A stretch of 64,000 nt of DNA from Archaeoglobi archaeon JdFR-42 (lineage in GTDB: Archaea; Halobacteriota; Archaeoglobi; Archaeoglobales; JdFR-42), in assembly GCA_002010305.1 (NCBI GenBank), contig MTND01000026.1, positions 78,236-142,235 on the forward strand, given 5' to 3'. Shown one piece after another: positions 31,469-40,731 of the stretch; the first letter of the stretch is position 1; each line of letters starts with the position of its first letter. Under the pieces are notes generated by a model. It searched no databases. It worked only from the letters and a program-made list of their open reading frames with translations, and was not told the origin of the DNA. The translations under genes were made by a program, and so were the position numbers.

Positions 31469-31915
31469 ATGGAAAAGCAATACAGATACCCTATAGAATT
31501 CGTAAAGCATTATTATATATCGGTGATTGGAGGGTTCAGTCCCGAACTCGACAGGAGAGAGGTGGGAATTAACCGGGATGCAATTCAATACAATACAGAA
31601 CTCGTAGGCTATCACGATACGGTTATACTGAGAAGGGTAAGGGGAGGTAAGATAAAACCATTTTTTATGAAGAGGCCTTACACACTTATTCCTCTGGATG
31701 AACAGACTCCTGCATCAGTGGAGAAGTCCAGATCTGGAGAAGTTGTTCTTTCGGAGAAACTCCTAGATGAACTGGAAAAGAAAAATATCATCCGAAACCC
31801 ATACATGACTCCATGTATCGGTGAGGAGATCCTGATAAACTCCACTGTCACTAAATTACTGAACGAGAGATGGTTGGAACGTATGGCAGCTAAATATTTT
31901 GGAAGAGTAAACTGA
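31469..31915 (+). CDS. Hypothetical protein
   Basis: 148-aa ORF starting at ATG 31469. No family was recognised. Confidence 0.5.
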   Translation: MEKQYRYPIEFVKHYYISVIGGFSPELDRREVGINRDAIQYNTELVGYHDTVILRRVRGGKIKPFFMKRPYTLIPLDEQTPASVEKSRSGEVVLSEKLLDELEKKNIIRNPYMTPCIGEEILINSTVTKLLNERWLERMAAKYFGRVN

Positions 31916-31947
31916 TGGCTCAGGCCAATATTATTACAGGTGGAGAA

Positions 31948-31969
31948 GAGACTTTTTTCTTTTTGTCTC
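31948..31969 (+). terminator. Short hairpin enclosing a T-rich tract
   Basis: 'GAGAC-TTTTTTCTTTTT-GTCTC' lies 33 nt after the stop at 31915. Confidence 0.35.
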
Positions 31970-32040
31970 ATTATTTCAAACTTATTTCGTTAGAAACACC
32001 TAAATAGATTGCATTCATTAATTAAATATGGTGATATTCC

Positions 32041-33531
32041 ATGTCAGGATATATTGACATGGGATCCGGGTATCAACCCTCTTCCCGTGATATGGCTGAA
32101 GAGATGGCGGGACTTATTGAAAGATGGCTTGGAAATCCTGCTTCAAGAGCCATCCTGAAATTCTGCACTCATCGATGTGAGTGTGGGCGGAGGATTGAGC
32201 TGATCTTACTAAAATATGCTGGCGAAGATGTGGATCTATGTTTCAAATGTAATTTAGCCTACTCACTGGTAAAGAAGATACTGGATAGGATAACTTCCGT
32301 ATTCAATGTAGAAAGGGAGAAAATATCTACAAATCTTAGGGATGCCATGTGGAGGAAGGGATTGGCAAGTGTTCTCGAAGGTATTGCAGCATACGGCCCT
32401 GAGAAACCTTTTACTGCCTTTGCTCCTTTTCTTGTGGTATGGAATGTAACCAATGCCTGTAACTTGAAATGCAAGCACTGTTATCAGAATGCAGACAAAC
32501 CAACTTCTGACGAATTAACTACTGAAGAGGCTCTAATGGCTGTGGACAAGATGGCCGAAGCTGGAGTTGCTTATCTAGCCATTTCAGGGGGAGAGCCTTT
32601 GGTCCGAAAAGATTTCTTTACCATAGTTGAAAGAATTAAAGACAACGACATGGCATTCTCTTTAGCAACAAATGGAACTCTTCTTACTAAAAACAAAGTT
32701 AAAAGACTAGAAGAGAGTAACTGCCTGTTTATCCAAGTATCACTGGATGGAGCAAAACCAGAGACCCATAACACATTCAGAGGTAAAAATAGTTTCGAGA
32801 AAACGATAGAGGGGATTAAAAACGCAGTTGATTCCAGCATCACTGTTGGGATAGCCACAACGGTAACTAAATATAACTACAGGGAAGTCTTTGACATAAT
32901 AAATCTGGCTGAGAAACTTGGTGTGGATATTTTTATGCATTATAACTTCATCCCTACAGGAAGAGGGAAAGAAATGATGGAAATGGATCTATCCCCTGAA
33001 GAGAGAGAGGAATTCCTTAAAAAAATGGCGTCCCAAATACATGCAAGAGATATATCACTCCTCTCAACCGCTCCTCAGTATAGCAGGATATGCAGTGAAT
33101 TCTCTGCAGTGAGTCTGACTCATTTTGATACGTTCGGTCAGAGATCTCAGGGTGTGGATTTTCTGGCTGAATTTGTAGGTGGATGTGGTACGGGAAGGTT
33201 ATATTGTGCTCTCCAGCCGAATGGAGACATAACCCCATGTGTTTTTATTCCCATCGTTGTGGGAAACATAAAGCAGGATGATATTCTAGAGGTATGGCAT
33301 CACAGAGAAGAATTTAAAAAAATACGGGCAAGAGATGAGTTCGAAGGGTGTTCTCGTTGTGAGCATGTGACCATTTGTGGAGGATGCAGAGCCAGAGCTC
33401 TTGGATACTTTGGAGATTTGCAGGGTCCAGATCCAGGTTGCATCATAAATCGCAGATACTGGTGCCGCCTTGAGACTGAAAGTGTAGGAATTAATATAAA
33501 AATTCCTGAAAGAGAGAAGGCATATTCTTAA
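32041..33531 (+). CDS. Radical SAM/SPASM-domain enzyme with a Cys-rich N-terminal extension
   Basis: 496 aa. It has the radical-SAM 'CNLKCKHCY', a SPASM-type C-terminus ('CGTGRLYCALQPNGDITPC', 'CSRCEHVTICGGCRARA...DPGC') and an N-terminal 'CTHRCECG...CFKC'. Confidence 0.9.
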   Translation: MSGYIDMGSGYQPSSRDMAEEMAGLIERWLGNPASRAILKFCTHRCECGRRIELILLKYAGEDVDLCFKCNLAYSLVKKILDRITSVFNVEREKISTNLRDAMWRKGLASVLEGIAAYGPEKPFTAFAPFLVVWNVTNACNLKCKHCYQNADKPTSDELTTEEALMAVDKMAEAGVAYLAISGGEPLVRKDFFTIVERIKDNDMAFSLATNGTLLTKNKVKRLEESNCLFIQVSLDGAKPETHNTFRGKNSFEKTIEGIKNAVDSSITVGIATTVTKYNYREVFDIINLAEKLGVDIFMHYNFIPTGRGKEMMEMDLSPEEREEFLKKMASQIHARDISLLSTAPQYSRICSEFSAVSLTHFDTFGQRSQGVDFLAEFVGGCGTGRLYCALQPNGDITPCVFIPIVVGNIKQDDILEVWHHREEFKKIRARDEFEGCSRCEHVTICGGCRARALGYFGDLQGPDPGCIINRRYWCRLETESVGINIKIPEREKAYS

Positions 33532-33571
33532 GATGTCTTAAAAAGGGGAAGGTATTTATTTTCTTCTCAAG

Positions 33572-34726
33572 ATGTATTTTGCAATGGACAAAAAACTCAG
33601 CCTAGTCTCTATAACAGTGTTTTTGGCATATGTAGGAGCCTTCATCAGAGTACCAATCGTACCTCTTTATGCCAGCAATCTGGGCGCTGACAACTTTGAA
33701 GTAGGGTTAATAACTTTTGGATTTATGATAGTAGCTGGAATTATGGCATTTCCTCTTGGCTTCACATCAGACAAAATTGGCAGAAAGAAACTCATGCTTG
33801 CAGGTCTTGGAATTAGCGCTGTAAGTTCAGTGTTACTTTCATATTCTACAAACCCAGAAGAGATAATTTTAGCATATCTTTTTGGTGGTATTGGAATGGC
33901 CTCATTTGCACCAAGCATATCTTCTTACGTAGGGGATATAGCACAGCGAATGGGACAGTCCTATGGCTGGTTTACTGCCTTTATGCAGGGTGGAATGGCC
34001 TTTGGACCTGCTCTAGGTGGGTTTCTGGCAGGAACAATTAGCTTCCATAATACGTTCATAATCTCTGCCCTCTTTTTTGTATTTAGCATTCTGGTGGTTA
34101 TTCCATTACCTGACAGAGGCCACAGGATAAAGGGCAATAATTTCCTGACCAGCATCAGAGAGTTATTTAATATTCCCCTGATATCTACTAGCTGGTTGGC
34201 AGTGTTTACCATTGCCTTTGCTTTTGGTGTGTTCATGCCCTTCTTCCCTCTATATGCAAGGGATCTCGGTATTGCTACCTTTTTTATCGGACTTCTTTTT
34301 GGCATTCAGTCCATATCCAATGCTGTTGGGCGAATACCAGCCGGATACATATCTGACAAAACTGGAAAAAGAGACCCTTTCATAGTGGGAGGTATGATCC
34401 TGTTCTCTATCCTTATTTATATGATCTCTGTAAGCACAACATTTATCACACTGGCAGTTATTGTGGCTGTACTGGGACTGGCTATGGGAATTACAACCAC
34501 CAATCTAAGCACTATTCTCGCTGAATCTGCGCCAAAGGGCATAAGGGGCCTTACAATGAGCGGATTTAACTCATTTTTATATATCGGCTTCGCTTCCAGT
34601 TCTCTCTTTGGAGGTAAACTTATTGAGAACCTTGGTAGCTATTCTTATGGCTTCATGCTGGGCAGTATTGTATGTCTTTTCGGTGGAGTTGTGTACTGGT
34701 ATGCCACCAGAAAAATTGGAAATTAG
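33572..34726 (+). CDS. MFS transporter
   Basis: 384 aa with about 12 TM segments and the loop 2-3 motif 'SDKIGRKK'. Confidence 0.88.
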   Translation: MYFAMDKKLSLVSITVFLAYVGAFIRVPIVPLYASNLGADNFEVGLITFGFMIVAGIMAFPLGFTSDKIGRKKLMLAGLGISAVSSVLLSYSTNPEEIILAYLFGGIGMASFAPSISSYVGDIAQRMGQSYGWFTAFMQGGMAFGPALGGFLAGTISFHNTFIISALFFVFSILVVIPLPDRGHRIKGNNFLTSIRELFNIPLISTSWLAVFTIAFAFGVFMPFFPLYARDLGIATFFIGLLFGIQSISNAVGRIPAGYISDKTGKRDPFIVGGMILFSILIYMISVSTTFITLAVIVAVLGLAMGITTTNLSTILAESAPKGIRGLTMSGFNSFLYIGFASSSLFGGKLIENLGSYSYGFMLGSIVCLFGGVVYWYATRKIGN

Positions 34727-35246
34727 AGAACCTTCAAATAGGGAGTGGAAAACTCTTTTAAAAGCCTTCAGGTATTATGGAATCTCCACTCCAGGGAATA
34801 TCATGATACTTGAATCCAGCAGCAGAAATGTATTATTGATGTCTCCATCTCTTATCCGTTATATCAAAGGTCTCAACAAAAACTCTAGAGAGGTTATCAC
34901 CTCAGCCGGAATAAAAATTGGGGAATTGGGGCGTAGATTCAGGATCTCCTTGGAAGGGGGAGAATTACTTTCCAAAGATGTATTAAAAAAGTGGATTATC
35001 GTAAGAGAGAGGGGAGAGATGCTCTTTTTGTATGGACGTGATATTTTCGGAACCTCTGTGGAAATCTGTTCTGGAGATATAGCAGAGAATGATTTGGTTT
35101 TTGTTTTCAACCGCAATCGTGGGTTTCTAGGCATAGGAAGAGCAAGAGTAGACGCTAAAAGAATGAAAGAAGACAGGGTAGTGGTGGAAAATCTTGTGGA
35201 TAAAGGAGAGTACCTTCGCAAGATCAACCTTTTCTCTTCCTTTTAG
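34701..35246 (+). CDS. NIP7-like PUA-domain protein (ribosome biogenesis, UPF0113)
   Basis: 'ERGEMLFLYGRDIF', 'LGIGRARV' and 'DKGEYLRK' are present. I chose the ATG at 34701, which overlaps the MFS 3' end by 26 nt. Confidence 0.65.
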   Translation: MPPEKLEIREPSNREWKTLLKAFRYYGISTPGNIMILESSSRNVLLMSPSLIRYIKGLNKNSREVITSAGIKIGELGRRFRISLEGGELLSKDVLKKWIIVRERGEMLFLYGRDIFGTSVEICSGDIAENDLVFVFNRNRGFLGIGRARVDAKRMKEDRVVVENLVDKGEYLRKINLFSSF

Positions 35247-36420
35247 TTTTCAATTTAACTTCATAATAAGATAATGGATGTGATATTTTTCCACATAGCC
35301 TGTCAGGATTGAAGCAATTATGGTAACTCTTCATGGTCTGGCAGGAGGGAGGTGTATAGATTTCTCCTCTACCACTTCTAATATGATTAACCTGATATCT
35401 GGTACGTTCTTCATCAAAATCCGGAGATGCTTTGTACACAGCCACCACATCCTCGACAGACATTCCCGTATTCAGCAAAAAAGACGTCAACGCAAATCTG
35501 GCAGAATGAGGTAAGTTAATTCCAGAACGTATATCCCCTATCATCCTTTTTATACATGGAGGGAAGCTTTCTACATCAACTTTCTCAAATCTAACTGGTT
35601 TGAAAGATTTTTTTACTTCTTTTAATTTCTTATCTATACTTTTAAGATACCTTTTCAGTTCATCGCAGTATACAGCCTTAAAGCTCTCCTCTATTTTGAT
35701 GCGTATAATCTCCTCAAGAGCTCTGATCAATTCACTTTTTGTAACGGTAACGTATCCCTTTGCCAGATCCCTAAAAAATAATTTCCATTCACCTTCTCGC
35801 AGGGAAGATGACACCTTCAGAAAATCAGAAATATGAAGCCGGATATTTCCCTCAAACTTGGCCCGAACTCCCAGATTTTTTGAAATAATCTTCAAAATTT
35901 CATCATCTTCACGATTTAAAAGTTTACCCGCTCTTTTGGACTCAAAAATTGCAAATCGTCTTTTAAGCCATCCATCCCCTGCACATCCAACAAGAACCAG
36001 AGAGAAATAAAAGGAGAGTATGGACAGTTTAATCTCTTTTAACCTCTCAATGTTAATAAAGTCTTCAAGGTAATCACACCCCTGAAGGCACCTTCCACAT
36101 CCAGAACATAGCTCATAGTTCCTCACTCCCTCAGGTCCTATAGCCTTCTCTGGACAGACTGAAATGCACGATATGAACTCACAGTCTCTGCAAGAAATAG
36201 TTTGTTGACTTCCTGATTTTTCCATTGTTTCATCTATTATACGCTCCATTTCTGAAAGAGAGCCCTCTATCACCTCGAGGACCTTTTCCAATCCCTCATT
36301 TCTGCAAGCTTGAAAAAATAAACTCTGATTTGAAACCAGATCCTCAAGGGAAACGTTAAGTTCGTTTGAAAGAGATACGAAAGATAAGAAAGGATATCTG
36401 GCAAGAATAAGCTCAAGCAT
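35224..36420 (-). CDS. priL: DNA primase large subunit PriL, with an extra ferredoxin-like Cys insertion
   Basis: 398 aa. It has the N-terminal 'ARYPFL' and a C-terminal Fe-S domain ('PPCIKRM', 'HSARFALTSFL', 'PPSCQTM', 'CFNPDRLCG'). An additional 8-Cys insert lies at residues 77-115. Confidence 0.9.
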   Translation of the reverse strand: MLELILARYPFLSFVSLSNELNVSLEDLVSNQSLFFQACRNEGLEKVLEVIEGSLSEMERIIDETMEKSGSQQTISCRDCEFISCISVCPEKAIGPEGVRNYELCSGCGRCLQGCDYLEDFINIERLKEIKLSILSFYFSLVLVGCAGDGWLKRRFAIFESKRAGKLLNREDDEILKIISKNLGVRAKFEGNIRLHISDFLKVSSSLREGEWKLFFRDLAKGYVTVTKSELIRALEEIIRIKIEESFKAVYCDELKRYLKSIDKKLKEVKKSFKPVRFEKVDVESFPPCIKRMIGDIRSGINLPHSARFALTSFLLNTGMSVEDVVAVYKASPDFDEERTRYQVNHIRSGRGEIYTPPSCQTMKSYHNCFNPDRLCGKISHPLSYYEVKLKTKRKRKG

Positions 36421-36423
36421 CGT

Positions 36424-37161
36424 TTATTCTGATTCTATTCTCGGCGCCAAGAGATACTCCACCTTCACTCTGCCATCTGCGATAGTAAACTCAAACCGGG
36501 CTGGGTAATCAGTACCAAGGTGTATGGTCACAAACTCACTCCTAGAAATGGGTTTTACAAACTCTTTCAGATAATCCAGCGAGAACATGCTCCTAGCAGT
36601 CTCAGGAACAAAATCTACCAGCTCCGCTTTTGTAAGAGAAAATACTATTTGATCCGTATCTCCTTCTGCCTCAATGTAAAAATTATTTTCATCAGTCTTT
36701 AGTACCACATGGTCACTTATTTTCTCTCCTGCCAGAATAGCCTTCTTAAAGTCATCAGTTTTCATAGTGATCCTAGCCGGCAACTCAAGATTTGGTACTT
36801 TTGGCTCTTTCCTTATGGCTGATGGATCAATAAGAGTATACGTGTATCTTAATCCGCTGAACTGTACTTTAAGGGTGTTGCTTCCCTCATCTATTACCAG
36901 CTCCACTTCATCTTCCTTTCTGGCCATTTTTAAGATGTCATACAGCCTATTTACATCTACTCCCACTTCAGCTTCTGTTGCGGAAAACGAGTCAAAAGCA
37001 TCTTTTTTCAGCTCTACCGAGACCATGGCTACATTTGCAGGATCTACAGCTCTGGAAACAACTCCTTCTTCAAGAATCCTGAATCTTGCTTCGGGAACAA
37101 GAGTGAGAATAGCCTCAATTCCAGTTCTCAAAATATCTGCGGAAATTAGGGCATCCAGCAT
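36424..37161 (-). CDS. pcn: DNA polymerase sliding clamp (PCNA)
   Basis: Archaeal PCNA pattern with start 'MLDALISADILR'. The C-terminus 'VEYLLAPRIESE' is typical. Confidence 0.93.
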   Translation of the reverse strand: MLDALISADILRTGIEAILTLVPEARFRILEEGVVSRAVDPANVAMVSVELKKDAFDSFSATEAEVGVDVNRLYDILKMARKEDEVELVIDEGSNTLKVQFSGLRYTYTLIDPSAIRKEPKVPNLELPARITMKTDDFKKAILAGEKISDHVVLKTDENNFYIEAEGDTDQIVFSLTKAELVDFVPETARSMFSLDYLKEFVKPISRSEFVTIHLGTDYPARFEFTIADGRVKVEYLLAPRIESE

Positions 37162-37335
37162 TTTAACCTCTCCACACACTCCTGATGGTTGAGGATTGTG
37201 CACAACCTTTGCTCATAGGTTGCTGTATCCTGTATATATCTTTTTCTTAAAGTCCCTGAAGAGACTTTACAAGCCCGGTGAATTAGTAGTCTAGAAGTTC
37301 AGGCAAGAAGATGTGAAAAAGATATGACGATAAGT

Positions 37336-37644
37336 TCAGTCATATTCTCTCCATGTTTTTCCACATTTGGTACACCGAAAGAATCTTACTTCACTCTCAT
37401 CAGCTGATCTCAACTGCCTTAACCACCAGTACGCAATATTATATCCACACCTCGGACATTTGGTTTCAGTGGTGGGAAGGACGCCTTCTACACCTTCTTC
37501 AATCACCGGAATCTCTCTTTTTCTTCTTTTTTCACTGGATACGAATGCAGCACCTTCATTAGTTGAGATATATCCGCATTTACGACATTTCAACCCTTTA
37601 TCGGACACCATCATTATACTCCTACATTTGGGACAGAATTCCAT
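37336..37644 (-). CDS. tfs: Transcription factor S (TFS / RpoM-like)
   Basis: It has the N-terminal zinc ribbon 'CPKCRS...CRKCG' and a C-terminal ribbon 'CPRCG...SADE...CTKCG' with the acidic 'ADE' loop. Confidence 0.9.
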   Translation of the reverse strand: MEFCPKCRSIMMVSDKGLKCRKCGYISTNEGAAFVSSEKRRKREIPVIEEGVEGVLPTTETKCPRCGYNIAYWWLRQLRSADESEVRFFRCTKCGKTWREYD

Positions 37645-38038
37645 ACAGGTCCTCCTTTGCATCCTGAATCATTTTCTTATGGTCAAAGGCAAGATCTGGA
37701 AGTGCATCCAATGGAAACAATTCCACTTCTTTAGCATCACTTCCAGCCCTTAAATTCTCACTGGTGGGAAGCACTATGTAGCAGATAGATACTACATGAC
37801 CTCTGGGATCTCTTGCAGGACTGGAATATACTCCAACCAGTTTAAAGACTTTTCCGTCAACTCCAACTTCTTCCCTCACCTCTCTTAGCACGGCACTTTC
37901 AACTTCTTCACCGTATTTTACCATACCTCCTGGCAATGCATACAACCCTTTATATGGAGGGTATTTTCTTTTAATCAAAACGATTTTTCCTTTAAAAGGG
38001 AGAATTGCATCAACTGCCAGGGTTATTTTCTTTTCCAT
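37622..38038 (-). CDS. NUDIX hydrolase
   Basis: 138 aa with the Nudix box 'GGMVKYGEEVESAVLREVREEVGV'. Confidence 0.88.
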   Translation of the reverse strand: MEKKITLAVDAILPFKGKIVLIKRKYPPYKGLYALPGGMVKYGEEVESAVLREVREEVGVDGKVFKLVGVYSSPARDPRGHVVSICYIVLPTSENLRAGSDAKEVELFPLDALPDLAFDHKKMIQDAKEDLYGILSQM

Positions 38039-38679
38039 GATACTGCGATATTACTCCCCTTTTTAAAATAGGTTTCTCCAATTCGTCTAGACCATTCGAT
38101 ATTACCGACTTCTGACACAAGATGAGCGTCACTCCCTGTGGAATAATTTAAACTATAATGTCTGCATATTCCAAGAGTGTAATCATCAGGAACTAGATAG
38201 GCTTCATTAATTTCTATGGCAACAGAATTTTCAACCATGATTTCAAAGAGATCTTCCACTAATTCCATATTCCTTATTATCCAATTCGCTCCCACACCAT
38301 AATGGGCAAGGACATCAACATCGTTATCCTGAAAAACTTTGATAAGGAGTTTATGGTATTCCTGAAAATTCAGAGGTCTGTGAATACCCACCACAACAAA
38401 ATCCAAGAAATCACGGGAGTTTGGAGGTATATCCAAGGTCCCATCCGGAAACACTTCAGCTTCAATTCCACTAAGAATTTCCAGGCTGTATTTCTCAACA
38501 GCATCCTCTATTTCCCTGTACCGGTTTTTAATTTTCCTTGCTGTGAGGCCCGTAATATGAGAGGGGCCGTGGTCTACTATTCCTATAATCTTCATTCTCC
38601 GTTCAACCGCCTTTCTTGCTATCTCTTCTATGGTACCATTTCCATCAGAATAACAAGAATGAACATGTAGATCAGTCAT
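38023..38679 (-). CDS. PHP-domain metal-dependent phosphoesterase
   Basis: 218 aa with 'DLHVHSCYSDG' and 'IGIVDHGP'. Confidence 0.8.
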   Translation of the reverse strand: MTDLHVHSCYSDGNGTIEEIARKAVERRMKIIGIVDHGPSHITGLTARKIKNRYREIEDAVEKYSLEILSGIEAEVFPDGTLDIPPNSRDFLDFVVVGIHRPLNFQEYHKLLIKVFQDNDVDVLAHYGVGANWIIRNMELVEDLFEIMVENSVAIEINEAYLVPDDYTLGICRHYSLNYSTGSDAHLVSEVGNIEWSRRIGETYFKKGSNIAVSWKRK

Positions 38680-38726
38680 TGGTAATGGAAAAGAGTATAT
38701 ATGTCTATTAAAAACTTATCACTCGC

Positions 38727-39491
38727 ATGAATCTGCTACTACCGGTGGCACTGCTCTTGATGCTGGGTTTCGCGATTATGCGATTGAGAGTTGTTGGTGT
38801 ATTTGGATGGATAATATTTGCCCTTTTCTGGTTTTCCAAAGCTCCGGGATACATTCAGATAGGAGACTACTACAACACAGGAATAGTGTTACTGGCCGGA
38901 ATCTTCTTTATTCTATTAAGTTATACCATTTCAGTTGTAGATCCAGATAAGCTGAAATTGATGTCCCAAGTAACCTTTTTTTCAACCCTTGCGGGGTTAA
39001 TTTATTTCCCTTTTGCTATTATTGAGACACTGAGAGATTCTCTGATCTCTCTGGTAATTAATCTGATCCTTACCACAGGTCATTATTTGGGTTATAATCT
39101 CACTCTGTATTCCTGGAACATCATTGAGTCCAATGGTCGATATGTGGAGATCATCCCGGCCTGCACTGCTATTGAGAGTATAGCTCTTTTCACGGGAGCC
39201 TCTTTTGGTGTGTCAGCTCCCTTCAACAGGAAGATTAAAGCTTTTGTCATTTCAGTCTTTCCAATTTTTTTCCTCAACATTTTAAGAAATGTATTTGTAA
39301 TTTTAGCCTATTCCTATAGCTGGTTTGGTGATAACAGTTTCTATATTGCTCATCACGTTATCTCAAAAATAGGGGCCACTGTAGCCCTTATTGCCATAGC
39401 CTATGCTGTATTTGAGATTCTCCCAGAACTTGAAAATCTCCTAGTGGGTCTTAAAAACACATTTATTGAGGTGATGAGGGGTAAAAAATGA
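38727..39491 (+). CDS. artA: Archaeosortase (exosortase-family transpeptidase, ArtA-like)
   Basis: 254 aa, polytopic. The candidate catalytic residues appear in the expected order: Cys in 'IIPACTAIES', Arg in 'NILRNV' and His in 'IAHHV'. Confidence 0.78.
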   Translation: MNLLLPVALLLMLGFAIMRLRVVGVFGWIIFALFWFSKAPGYIQIGDYYNTGIVLLAGIFFILLSYTISVVDPDKLKLMSQVTFFSTLAGLIYFPFAIIETLRDSLISLVINLILTTGHYLGYNLTLYSWNIIESNGRYVEIIPACTAIESIALFTGASFGVSAPFNRKIKAFVISVFPIFFLNILRNVFVILAYSYSWFGDNSFYIAHHVISKIGATVALIAIAYAVFEILPELENLLVGLKNTFIEVMRGKK

Positions 39492-40069
39492 TCGAGAGAT
39501 CTGTCTGGCCTATTATTACAGTGCTTGGATTTATGGTCGTTATAGGGATGACCGTTAATATCATCCTGTCAGCCCTTTTTTTCTTTGGAATTATATTCAC
39601 CCTTTTTTTCTTTAGAGATCCTGATCGACAACCGGCTGGGACAGGTGCTGTCTCTCCTGCCGATGGGAAAGTTAAAAAAGTAGAAGGTAATAAGGTTGAA
39701 ATATTCATGAATCTCTTAGACTGTCATGTTAATAGAGTTCCTTGGGGGGGAACTGTAACGAAAATTATATACTATAAGGGGAGTTTTTTTCCAGCATTCA
39801 GGGATGACATCGAAGAAAATGAGCGAAATGAAGTAATTATTTCCACAGATTATGGTGAGTTAACGGTAACCCAGATAGCGGGATTTTTTGCACGAAGAAT
39901 TACTTGTTATCTTAGCAAAGGCCAGAAAGTTAGGAAGGGCGATAGGCTGGGTATGATTCGCTTTGGGTCTCGAGTTCATGTGCATTTTCCAAGAGCTTTT
40001 CGGATCATCGTTAAGGAAGGGGATAGAGTAAAGGCCGGAGAGACCATTATCGCGGTTGTGGAGTCATGA
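39488..40069 (+). CDS. psd: Archaetidylserine (phosphatidylserine) decarboxylase proenzyme, short archaeal type
   Basis: 193 aa with N-terminal TM helices and the self-cleavage motif 'RFGSRV'. It overlaps artA as ATGA. Confidence 0.87.
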   Translation: MIERSVWPIITVLGFMVVIGMTVNIILSALFFFGIIFTLFFFRDPDRQPAGTGAVSPADGKVKKVEGNKVEIFMNLLDCHVNRVPWGGTVTKIIYYKGSFFPAFRDDIEENERNEVIISTDYGELTVTQIAGFFARRITCYLSKGQKVRKGDRLGMIRFGSRVHVHFPRAFRIIVKEGDRVKAGETIIAVVES

Positions 40070-40731
40070 AATTCGAAATTATTGAAGGAATAAGACTTCC
40101 AGATCTAGTATCCATATGCAATCTCCTGGTAGGTCTCCTGGGGATCTGGGTATCCTTTCTTAACCTATATTATGGTTGCATTGCAGTGATAATCTCTACA
40201 CTACTCGACGGACTCGATGGGATTGTTTCTAGGGTTGAACATGGAGGAATGGGGAGAGAGATGGACTCTCTGGCAGATATTGTATCTTTTGGAATACTTC
40301 CTTCGTTACTTCTTCTTTTGTATACTCAGAACCAATTTAACGGACTCTCTTTTGCCATCGCCGGAGCCTTTGCAGTCACTGGTATGCTCAGACTTGCCTG
40401 GTATAATATCCTTCAGGAGAGACATTTCCGGGGAATTCCAATTACTTTTTCAGGACTTCTAGTTTCACTCCTTATAGTGAATGAGTTCGGTGGTGGTTTT
40501 GTTCTGGCTGTATCTGCAATCCTAGCAGTTCTCATGATATCTCCTGCACGCTATCCAAAAATCCTGGACAAGAGAGTTGTATGTCTGTTCGCTCTAACCC
40601 TGATTGCATCTCTCATATACCTGCTTTCTGGAATTGAAATCCTGATGGCGTTTCTTTATGCTGTCTTTTTTCTTATGATCTTATATGCCACATCTCCACT
40701 ATTTATATGGAGGTACATGAATGAAGGATGA
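40066..40731 (+). CDS. pssA: CDP-alcohol phosphatidyltransferase (archaetidylserine synthase-like)
   Basis: 221 aa with 'DGLDGIVSR...GREMDSLADIVSF', which fits the D-G-x2-A/S-R...G-x3-D-x3-D motif. It overlaps psd as ATGA. Confidence 0.85.
   Translation: MKFEIIEGIRLPDLVSICNLLVGLLGIWVSFLNLYYGCIAVIISTLLDGLDGIVSRVEHGGMGREMDSLADIVSFGILPSLLLLLYTQNQFNGLSFAIAGAFAVTGMLRLAWYNILQERHFRGIPITFSGLLVSLLIVNEFGGGFVLAVSAILAVLMISPARYPKILDKRVVCLFALTLIASLIYLLSGIEILMAFLYAVFFLMILYATSPLFIWRYMNEG

Noticed and set aside
31469-33531. A RiPP-like interpretation of the hypothetical ORF, radical SAM/SPASM enzyme and MFS transporter.
   Set aside because: The upstream ORF is 148 aa with no leader/core architecture or Cys-, Gly- or Ser-rich C-terminal core. 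The SPASM enzyme has a large N-terminal extension instead of a RiPP-recognition-element-like domain.
35224-35246. A 23-bp convergent overlap of the 3' ends of the NIP7-like gene and priL.
   Set aside because: It is plausible in a compact genome and both C-terminal tails are non-conserved. I regard it as gene packing, not a regulatory feature.
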